In this document: positions 11,101 through 15,554 of the stretch, one piece after another
How positions within the stretch are numbered: position 1 is the stretch's first letter
Layout of the letters: every line of letters starts with the position of its first letter
From: Pedosphaera sp.
GTDB taxonomy: Bacteria > Verrucomicrobiota > Verrucomicrobiia > Limisphaerales > SIBH01
NCBI GenBank assembly: GCA_031414955.1
Contig: JANOQV010000075.1
Coordinates: 1 to 15,554, forward strand
Direction: 5' to 3'
Length of the DNA stretch: 15,554 nucleotides
Made by a program: the position numbers and the translations under genes
The notes under the pieces: model-generated
Database searches by the model: none
What the model was told of the DNA's origin: nothing
What the model saw: the letters and a program-made list of their open reading frames with translations, nothing else

Positions 11101-14100
11101 GCGTCGCCCTTCCGGCGGCTCTGAGCAGCGGCGGCCAGCCCTACAAGCTGACCAAGATCGGCGGCAACCAGTTCTCCCTCGTCGGCGCCCAGGTCGATCC
11201 CGCGCTCGGCGACATCGACGTGCTTGGCGGCATCTTCAGCATCGAGATCGGCACGACCGGCCTGGGTGATCCCTCGCGCACCCTGGCCATCGGCACGAAC
11301 GCCAGCCTTCAGCTCTGGGTGCTCCAGCCGCCGTTGAACAAGTCGATTATCCTGAGCAACGGTGCTTCGATCATCAACGGGAGTGGCGAGAACCGCATCA
11401 TCGGTCCGGTCACGCTCGTCGGCTCGAACGCCTTCAACGTCGGCGGCACGCAACTGTCCCTGAGCAACGCCATCGGCGGAACGGGAACATTGTGGAAGAA
11501 CGGCGGGACCGCCCCCTTGGTTCTCGCCGGCAACAACACCTACAGTGGCGGCACGGTGCTCCAGGCCGGCACCACCATTCTTACCGGCAACAACCCGAAC
11601 AGCGGCGGCTACTCGAACGCGGCCACGATCCAGATTGGCAACAACAATAACAGCGGCTCGCTGGGCGGGTTGATCACCAACAACGGCACGATCAACTTCC
11701 AGCGCGCGGACAACTACAATTTCACCGGCGGCATTCTCGGCCAGGGCACCATCAACCATCCCAGTGGCTCCGGCCCGGTGACGCTCAACGGCAACATCAC
11801 CAACGCCAACCTCAACGTGCGCAGCGGCAACGGAAATTTCCTGACCCTCGGCGCGGGCACCTACAGCCTGACCAATGTGGCTGTCGGCAACACGCCTTCG
11901 GGCTGGCTGAACATCTTGCCCGGCGCGATCGTGGGCATCCCCAACAATTACTTCGTGGGTGACGCCAGCGGCGGCCAGACCGGCGTGGTGATGCAGACCG
12001 GTGGCGACGTCACGGTGACCAACCAGTTCCGCATCGGCCACTGGCCGAACAACGTCAGCACCTATCTCCTGAGTGGCGGCAGTCTGTCGTTGAACACGGT
12101 CTCGGCCACCACTCCGGCCAGTGGTTCCGAAGTGAACGGCGGCTTCTACATCGGCATCGACGGTATCGGCATCTTCACTCAGACCGGCGGTGTGCTGAAC
12201 GTGCCCGGCCTGGTGCTGGACAACCGCGGGGCCTCGACCCTGCCGCTGGCCACGAACACTTATGAATTGCGCGGCGGCACGATCAACCTTGGCACCTGGG
12301 GCTTCCTCAGCCCGAACTCGACCTACCAGATCAATCTCGGCGGCGGCACCGTCGGCTCGTCGATGAACTGGACCTCGACGTTGCACATGTCACTCACCGG
12401 CAACGGTGGCGATGCGACTTTCAATCCCGGTGCCTTCACCAATTTCCTCTTCGGCTCGCTGCGCGGGCCGGGCGGGTTGATCAAGTCCGGGGCGGGGGCG
12501 CTGATTCTTTCCAACGCCGCGACCTACACGGGCAACACGCTCGTCAGTGCGGGCACGCTGGAGTTGCGCGGGGCGGGCGGCATCGCTTCGAGTCCGCTCC
12601 TCACCGTCAACGGCACGCTCGACACCTCGGCCAAGACCGGCGGCTTCATCGTCGGCGCGGGCCAGATTTTGCGCGGCACCGGCACGGTCCTCGGCGTCGC
12701 CCAAATCAACGGCCTGCTCTCGCCTGGCACCTCCATCGGCACGCTGACTTTCGGCACCAACCTGACACTGGCCGGCACCAACTTGATGGAAATTGATCGC
12801 GGTGCGGGACCGAATGCCGACCTGATCATCGCGTCTGCCATCACCAACGGTGGCGCGCTGGTTGTCACCAACCTCGGGGCCGCGCTCCAGTCCGGCGACA
12901 CGTTCAACCTGTTCGATGGCACGCTGGTCGGTGTGTTCAGCAGCGTCACGCTCCCGACCCTCGGCGCGGGATTGGGCTGGGACACGACCGCGCTCTACAC
13001 CACCGGTGTCATTACGGTGATGGAACTGCCCACCATCGTCACCCAGCCGGTGAACGTGAACAGCGAGTGCGGCGTTGGCACCGCGACCTTTACCGTGGTG
13101 GCGGGTGGCACGGCTCCGTTCGGTTATCAATGGCGCTCGAACGGCGTGGCCGTTGGTGCCAACGCCGCTTCCTTCGGCGTGGTCGCCCCGACGCTGGCCG
13201 CAAGCGGCAGCACCTTCGACGTGGTGGTCACGAACAACGCCGGCAGCATCACCAGCAGCGTCGCCACCCTCACCGTGGTGGACACGACCGCGCCGGTCGT
13301 GGGCGTGAGCAACATCACGCGCTTCCTTGTGGGCAACACGGTTGCGATCACCGCGAGCGAGGTCTTCAATGCCTCCGCCAGTTCGGATTCCTGCAGTGGA
13401 GTGGTGACGTTGATTGACGCCACGCCGTTATCCTTCACCTGCCCGGGCGTTTATGCCGTCACAGTCCGGGCGCACGATGGCAACTTGAACACGAACACGG
13501 CCCTCGCCACGGTGACGATTGTGGATCCGGCCGCGACCAACCTGATGGCCTTCGAGCCGTTCCGCTGCTACACCGAGGGTACACTGGGCGGTCAGAATTA
13601 TGCGGGCACGGGCTTCGACTCCGGTTCGTGGACGGTGGCTTCGGGCAACGGGCTGGTGACCAACACGGCCAGCCTCGCCTACACGAGCAGCTACCACGCG
13701 CTGGCCACGGAGGGCGGCCGGGCCTTCACGCCGGCGGCGGGCCACAACACAGTGCGCGCCAACATGGATACGAACACGGGCGGCACGTTCGGCGCGTATG
13801 TCGATGGCGGGCGCATCGGCGGTCCCAACGCCAGCGGCACGCTTTACTTCAGCTTCCTGGCGCGCAATGCCAGCGGGAGTCTCGATGGCACGGATGATTA
13901 CGCGGCCTTCCAGCTTTATGACGATGGCTCCGAAGTGCTGGGCATCGGCAACAACTGGAATGCCTGGGCCTACAGTTTGTTCGGTCTGAGCGGGGATGTG
14001 GATCTGACGAACAACGCGGGCGGGTTCCTGAGCATGGATGCCAGCGCGCATCTCTTCGTGGCGCGCATCGACTATGTGTCGGGCGGGGATGACACGGTGA

Positions 14101-15500
14101 CGGTGTGGATGGACCCGGACATCGCGGCCAGCGAGGCGGGCCAGGGCAACTTGTATCGGCGCACGTTCACGGGCAACGCACGCTTCAACCGCATCGCGCT
14201 GCGCAGCGGCTCGAACAACAACGACAACAGTTGGGACTTCGATGAGATTCGTTTCGGCACGAACTGGTCGAACGTGACGCCGGCGGGCGTGGCCATCACG
14301 GTGCAGCCGGCGAACGTGGCGCAGCAGTGCGGCGGGAGCACCAGTGTCAGCGTGACGGCCAACGGGTTGGTCGCGCTGGAGTACCAGTGGTATCGCAACG
14401 CCAGTGCGATCTTGGCCGCGACCAACGCCAGCTTGAACATCAGCCCCGTGACCACGAACACGGCGGGCAGCTACACCGTGGTGGTGAACAACCGCTACGG
14501 CGCGGTGACGAGCGCGGTGGCCACGGTCACGGTCACGAATACGCCGGTGCTCATCTCACCGGCCGGGCCGCTGCTCGTCGGCGTGGAGAACAACGAGTGC
14601 GGCACGATGGTGCTGGCGGGCGGCTCTTCCTATCGCTGGGAGTTGAACGACGCCACGGGCGGCGCGGGCACGGGCTGGGATCTGTTGAACGTGACGGGCG
14701 ACATCAACGTCGAGGCCACGAGCGGCAATCCGTTCACTGTGAACCTCTGGTCGCTGAATGGCGTGACGCCCGGAGTGGCGGCGAACTGGATCAACGACAC
14801 GACCAACCTCTTCACCATCGCCAGCGCGTCCGGCGCGGTGAACAGCTTTGTCGCGAACAAGTTCACCCTCGACGATGCGAACTTCGCCAACGACCTGGCC
14901 GGCGGCGGGTTCAGCATCGAGGAAGGTTCGCTCAAGCTGCGCTTCCTGCCCAATCACGCGCCCATTGCCACCAGCCTCACGAACAATCGTGCGCCCAACC
15001 TCACCTGGAAGATCCGGATCAGCGACCTGCTGGCGGCGGCGACCAGCGATCCGGACGGTGATGCCCGCGGCCTGACCGTGGTGGGCACCAGCACGAACGG
15101 GGTGACGGTGACCACCAATGCCACGCACATCCTCTACACGAACCCGAACAACGTGGAGGACGAGTTCACCTACACGGTGCGGGACTTCGGGCCGGCCTAC
15201 CGCGCGGGCGACACCGTGCGCACGGCCACCGGCAAGCTGCGTCTCACCCTTAACGCGCCCACGGGGACCAACGGCAACGCGGTCAACATCTCCTTCACCA
15301 ACAGCGTGGTGGGGATGCGCTTTGCGGGCATCCCCGGCTACACTTACGACCTGCAGCGCGCGACGAACCTGACGCCGCCGGTGGCCTGGAGCACGCTCCA
15401 CACGACGAACTGTCCGCCGCTGGGGCTGTTTGACTTCATTGATCTGACCCCGCCGGTGGGCGCGGCCTACTACCGCACGGCGCAACCCTGGACCCCTTGA
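2061..15500 (+). CDS. Giant secreted autotransporter-associated beta-strand repeat (PATR) protein with C-terminal Ig/HYR-like/lectin-like/cadherin-like domains; putative adhesin or surface filament, 4479 aa
   Basis: Uninterrupted ORF 1884..15500 with strong GC3 codon bias and G/T/N/A/S-rich composition. About 15-20 recognisable PATR units occur (e.g. GLIKSGTGTLNLNGTNTYAGGTTISNG, SLTKAGTGMLILSGANTYSGNTIVSRG, GLIKSGAGALILSNAATYTGNTLVSAGTL). ATG 2061 is preferred because it begins a Sec signal peptide; the 59 upstream codons are atypical in composition. Confidence 0.93.
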   Translation: MNPYPQFLVRVLLAIHLLAGLTEARAAVFSWSGSGAGPGSGANNAWTTVGNWTNNLGLPVAGDTVLFGLGGSATNIGIAFPSLTSVQSNIGAIVLSGGSTVDRFIGNSSTSADGVLTLSGAGGGLITNSVSGRTLFILSNTAAGTRFMSLLLPNAGTIEAVGNVQILVGVTGAGAIAKTGAGTLILGTNNVMTGVWSNLAGTLQVGTGGAAGNFGAGNLTNNATLIINRNDIATFANIISGSGNVTVNGGIIGLSANNGFLGTLTVNNSATNILLGTSAQTTTTVNNNSVLRVANSGGLGTSGGFNLNPNNAETGRLELTNSVTILSATRTLVMQGRNNTTDAIRSIGGNNIISGPISFTTGGSTYAIDSTSGTLTLVGGVTSTATGGRTLTLQGAATGTVPSAIVNGSATMALTKGGIGTWTLTGTNIYTGVTTISGGLLALSGLGSIANSPSIFVGVDSTFSVGAVTGGYMLAVGQILSGVGEVVGSLRATNGTAVAPGTTSTAGTLQFANNVSFEDGAGLLLDLAGTTTYNSGTNDLLLIGGNLALSGVTRVGFSFLGGAPALGMPYTIARYFGSLSGGVANLIATNCPYTATFSTATPGEVRVTFTGTPASLVWNGSPGGLTSNVWNVAAATNWLNGVALAPFRQGDAVLFDNTSATQTVNLVSSVSPSNTVVNSALNYIIQGVGGIIGGGLTKDGSGTLTISNSANAYAGATLVSGGTVKVGTNAAFGNSSGITVNGTGQIDLNGVSQGTRIFNYTISGTGPDGLGAIKNTVAAVTTSSGVKNLTLAADSTIGSTLAAGGSRLDIVYSGGVLNGGGNKLTKVGVGQLDIRGTTINLTELIVNDGLLYAEDVDNNFGSKLTINPAGSAGVYNNRIQTGEVVLNGGTLSGVGPSLTATGLYTGPVTLNTPTNKVDTAGAYGGANVALSGAVAGPGGLIKSGTGTLNLNGTNTYAGGTTISNGAIQGTTYSVQGNLTNHSALVLNQPFDGTLAAPVLTGTGSLTKRGLGKVTINSALSLTGTITNEAGIIALGADNVLGFGTNDWRGAGGLFPAFESADASTRTITNAISISTDTRLGSAGSGNLVFSGPINNGGAQKMLTVSNALTTFSSGLGNLGVIVKAGPGQLALGGPNNNAGLTISNGLVALLAGGYFSNSPYVTIASGAMLDVSAGLGATFTNAAGRTLLAGNTNGNYFGDDIVGALTNAGTVNVAGSGWPGTLNVSGDILIGGGTLLFDLATSANLGDGVNDYIYTVGNIALSGTITINVNALGGTIPDGDYIVMSSGVAITGTPTFVITGTNGWRQTVTVLYSSGNPDFTIQIYGAVPGPIAWWGTAGNNWDINASINWSNTVSGLLGTYYNGDSVLFDNTSFNTNIVVAGTVAPGPVVVNSSSNHAFSGAGKISGPASYTKTGTGTNLMALANDYTGLTYVNNGILKMGNAAALGATNVPGLNAETVINGGSLDLNGNAIITESFTVQGAGPGGIGAMVNNGAGIVNGGPRARVTLSGDTTFGAPNRWDLQGGATLIGNGFKVTKVGGSEMFLSGLGETALGDIDVQQGFLTWGANSTAGDPTKNYNVAGGAILNFFAHTVPLNKMFTFQNGALIQNGSGTAILAGPVSLVGGSVLFNTVNPVIVSNVISGAGLLVKQNTGVLTLLSNATHTGNTFVSAGTLALGGGFTAPIVVGLITNNATIDLNPSAAYLFTNFMIGSGTFTKSGTNSVQLAGLYGSDQLGDLLTFNLTGGAFDWNGRTEVIRALAGSTGTIVSNSAGGQAMMILANPSGGQTYSGSIAGNTRVVIRDAATKNTTVQIFAGTNTFTGGLLIDNGQLRIASDAQLGAVPASFDAQNITLRNGGLLQNNNTYIYLHPNRGIYLESGDGGIMSGFSRDITVFGVISGPGRFVKVDGGRILLANANTFTGDTVFNNIGGTGTLRLDHPLGLQYSTFDATGIGGNGTLDLNFLDVFLGGLKGSGATIANFTGRLTVGGNNQGTTFGGSLNGSGSLVKIGSGVLDLTGANTVPGGTTISNGALNVAGSLAGGTVTVRPGAALGGFGTVNAHLVADAGSLVSPGASVGTLTISSNATFTGASALFELASLTTIGLGVNDLIQVNGNLTLAGLNTIRFGFLSGAPAAGTYTIIRYTGTLTGGAANLTNAASYGAVFNTSVPGEIRVTFTGAAQNLTWRGDGAGNAWDLNTTSNFFDGAALNVFRDGDSVTFDDTGSNNVPVAITGLIAPADFTVNAAIDYTFASLGELTTPRGLTKLGAGTLTLANTNDSFGPLNILAGTVAIAYDDNLGLVPPLAAPGRVVLNGGTLQASASLTLHPNRGLWVGPSTGNGGGWIETPTGVALTYSGVIANNPGGNGSLTKAGTGMLILSGANTYSGNTIVSRGSLLVRNASALGGAGTLLLGDAGSGTDPITVLLDTATNGASLTVSRDIVVTSSGTGPVTVGSTARFGYPGAEQAVFNGNITLNNRDLILRTGAGDITRFNGLIQGTGNLIITNGSLTGDQRGNGGNRILLEITPKTFIGDVTVLSGGPTNFTVLQIGGGGNTYDFIPDGSSVIVQTNAVLRLYGHEAIDGLSGSGRVRGVVAQYLLTVGSSNATSAFDGVMENDPFDGGSLAFTKIGSGTFTLNSVSPYTGPTIVGGGSLVLGAGAAITNSASLIISNGATLDASALAGGLTLRNNQILSGFGTVAGGLVAVTNTTINPGLVGVAGTLSVGGNLSLSNLSRINVDLATATTAGSGVNDLIDVTGDLDLQGGGPVITVNALSPLAAGTYTLITFTGTKTGAAASSLALVNNTASAMTLGETANSITLTVTTAGRSLVWAAGLGSSVWDITTTANWSNSVTVAYDTFRQGDAVTFDSTYANSNVTLAVTVLPSTVSFTGATNYALSGAGLIGGSASLIVNSTGTNTIGTPNTFSGPVLIQAGVLRANNGAALGNALGATIVSSGATLDVNGQNLGAETVTASGTGVSGQGAIVNNGASQTQPLRFVTLAGDTTFGGVAAGRWDIRQASVALPAALSSGGQPYKLTKIGGNQFSLVGAQVDPALGDIDVLGGIFSIEIGTTGLGDPSRTLAIGTNASLQLWVLQPPLNKSIILSNGASIINGSGENRIIGPVTLVGSNAFNVGGTQLSLSNAIGGTGTLWKNGGTAPLVLAGNNTYSGGTVLQAGTTILTGNNPNSGGYSNAATIQIGNNNNSGSLGGLITNNGTINFQRADNYNFTGGILGQGTINHPSGSGPVTLNGNITNANLNVRSGNGNFLTLGAGTYSLTNVAVGNTPSGWLNILPGAIVGIPNNYFVGDASGGQTGVVMQTGGDVTVTNQFRIGHWPNNVSTYLLSGGSLSLNTVSATTPASGSEVNGGFYIGIDGIGIFTQTGGVLNVPGLVLDNRGASTLPLATNTYELRGGTINLGTWGFLSPNSTYQINLGGGTVGSSMNWTSTLHMSLTGNGGDATFNPGAFTNFLFGSLRGPGGLIKSGAGALILSNAATYTGNTLVSAGTLELRGAGGIASSPLLTVNGTLDTSAKTGGFIVGAGQILRGTGTVLGVAQINGLLSPGTSIGTLTFGTNLTLAGTNLMEIDRGAGPNADLIIASAITNGGALVVTNLGAALQSGDTFNLFDGTLVGVFSSVTLPTLGAGLGWDTTALYTTGVITVMELPTIVTQPVNVNSECGVGTATFTVVAGGTAPFGYQWRSNGVAVGANAASFGVVAPTLAASGSTFDVVVTNNAGSITSSVATLTVVDTTAPVVGVSNITRFLVGNTVAITASEVFNASASSDSCSGVVTLIDATPLSFTCPGVYAVTVRAHDGNLNTNTALATVTIVDPAATNLMAFEPFRCYTEGTLGGQNYAGTGFDSGSWTVASGNGLVTNTASLAYTSSYHALATEGGRAFTPAAGHNTVRANMDTNTGGTFGAYVDGGRIGGPNASGTLYFSFLARNASGSLDGTDDYAAFQLYDDGSEVLGIGNNWNAWAYSLFGLSGDVDLTNNAGGFLSMDASAHLFVARIDYVSGGDDTVTVWMDPDIAASEAGQGNLYRRTFTGNARFNRIALRSGSNNNDNSWDFDEIRFGTNWSNVTPAGVAITVQPANVAQQCGGSTSVSVTANGLVALEYQWYRNASAILAATNASLNISPVTTNTAGSYTVVVNNRYGAVTSAVATVTVTNTPVLISPAGPLLVGVENNECGTMVLAGGSSYRWELNDATGGAGTGWDLLNVTGDINVEATSGNPFTVNLWSLNGVTPGVAANWINDTTNLFTIASASGAVNSFVANKFTLDDANFANDLAGGGFSIEEGSLKLRFLPNHAPIATSLTNNRAPNLTWKIRISDLLAAATSDPDGDARGLTVVGTSTNGVTVTTNATHILYTNPNNVEDEFTYTVRDFGPAYRAGDTVRTATGKLRLTLNAPTGTNGNAVNISFTNSVVGMRFAGIPGYTYDLQRATNLTPPVAWSTLHTTNCPPLGLFDFIDLTPPVGAAYYRTAQPWTP
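2151..13019 (+). repeat. Five tandem passenger-like macro-modules (about 590-850 aa each)
   Basis: Module heads start at Trp codons 2151 (divergent), 3912, 6057, 8604 and 10533. Heads 2-5 share W-x-[GA]...W[DN]...N[WF]...[FY]xxGDxVxFDxT. Each module ends in a cap (GTL...[DE]LA...G[VT]ND...GN/DLxL) starting at about 3579, 5718, 8280, 10200 and 12738, the last being more divergent. Confidence 0.8.
13029..13280 (+). other. Immunoglobulin (I-set-like) domain 1
   Basis: PTIVTQPVNVNSECG..ATFTVVAGGTAPFGYQWRSNG...FDVVVTNNAGSITSSVATLTV matches the Ig motif common in verrucomicrobial secreted proteins. Confidence 0.8.
13281..13526 (+). other. HYR-like Ig-fold domain
   Basis: DTTAPVV..NIT....ITASEV..ASASSDSCSG....SFTCPGVYAVTVRAHDGNLNTNTALATVTIVD shows the DTTxP / [ST]DxC / G-x-Y-x-V-T...D-x-x-x-N pattern of HYR-like repeats. 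Confidence 0.65.
13545..14282 (+). other. Beta-sandwich domain, ConA-like lectin/LamG-like (tentative)
   Basis: AFEPFRCYTEGTLGGQN..GTGF..GSW ... GTLYFSFL ... HLFVARIDY..GDDTVTVWMDP ... FNRIALRSG ... WDFDEIRFGTNWSNV. The segment is rich in aromatic residues and Asp, and the terminal DEIRxG motif is typical of jelly-roll modules. Confidence 0.5.
14292..14537 (+). other. Immunoglobulin (I-set-like) domain 2
   Basis: AITVQPANVAQQCGGSTSVSVTANG..ALEYQWYRN...AGSYTVVVNNRYGAVTSAVATVTV is homologous to Ig domain 1. Confidence 0.8.
14952..15251 (+). other. Cadherin-like / Big_9-type domain
   Basis: NHAPIA ... ISDLLAAATSDPDGD ... ILYT ... DEFTYTVRD contains the N-x-A-P, DPDGD and FTYTVxD motifs. Confidence 0.7.
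15279..15497 (+). other. Short C-terminal tail domain of verrucomicrobial secreted proteins (putative sorting domain)
   Basis: MRFAGIPGYTYDLQRATNLTPPVAWSTLHTTNCPPLGLFDFIDLTPPVGAAYYRTAQP fits the pattern G-x-P-G-x-x-Y-x-L-Q-x-[AS]-T-N-L...W...F-x-D...[FY]-Y-R, which I recognise from the C-termini of Pedosphaera-like proteins. Confidence 0.6.
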
Positions 15501-15508
15501 ATTGACTT

Positions 15509-15522
15509 AAAAAACCTAACGC
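15509..15522. repeat. 14-bp inverted repeat, right copy (AAAAAACCTAACGC)
   Basis: Exact reverse complement of 1572-1585. Confidence 0.5.
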
Positions 15523-15523
15523 T

Positions 15524-15554
15524 ATGAATCTGAAAAACCTTCTGCTGGGCGCGC
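15524..15554 (+). CDS. 5' fragment of a probable downstream gene (signal-peptide-like start)
   Basis: The ATG lies 23 nt after the giant gene's stop, preceded by an A-rich tract. It reads MNLKNLLLGA, a basic then hydrophobic start. Only 10 full codons are visible. Confidence 0.55.
   Translation, partial: MNLKNLLLGA

Noticed and set aside
6918..12386. 1822-aa antisense ORF, plus the other antisense and alternate-frame ORFs inside the giant gene
   Set aside because: These are shadow ORFs. The sense gene rarely uses TTA/CTA/TCA, so the codon-aligned antisense frame lacks stops. The product is R/A/G/V/D-rich with no recognisable motifs.
15502..15530. TTGACT as a -35 box for the downstream gene
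   Set aside because: A -10 box at the right spacing would fall on or after the ATG at 15524.
1..15554. CRISPR array, tRNA/rRNA, IS/transposase, DGR template or variable repeats
   Set aside because: I saw no regularly spaced DNA repeats, RNA-gene signatures, recombinase or reverse transcriptase ORFs, or adenine-specific near-duplicates. The repeats here are diverged and visible mainly at the protein level.

Overview
GC-rich bacterial DNA, most likely Verrucomicrobiota (Pedosphaera/Limisphaera-like; inferred from protein style, not established). It holds three genes. (1) A minus-strand fused membrane/spermidine-synthase-like SAM-fold gene (GTG at 1588) runs off the left edge close to its C-terminus; it is missing from the ORF track because its stop codon lies outside the window. 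(2) After a 472-bp divergent intergenic region rich in inverted repeats comes one giant secreted protein (likely ATG 2061 to 15500, 4479 aa). It consists of five tandem autotransporter-passenger-like beta-helix modules, then Ig, HYR-like, lectin-like, Ig, an orphan cap, a cadherin-like domain and a short C-terminal tail. It has no autotransporter beta-barrel. (3) The first 10 codons of a probable next gene begin at 15524. The most notable points are the barrel-less multi-passenger architecture with an A-B-A-B duplication pattern, a structured region upstream of the giant gene, a 14-bp perfect inverted repeat bracketing that gene, a candidate leaderless promoter, and a codon-usage shift in the C-terminal domains. 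All domain calls were made by eye; no searches were run.
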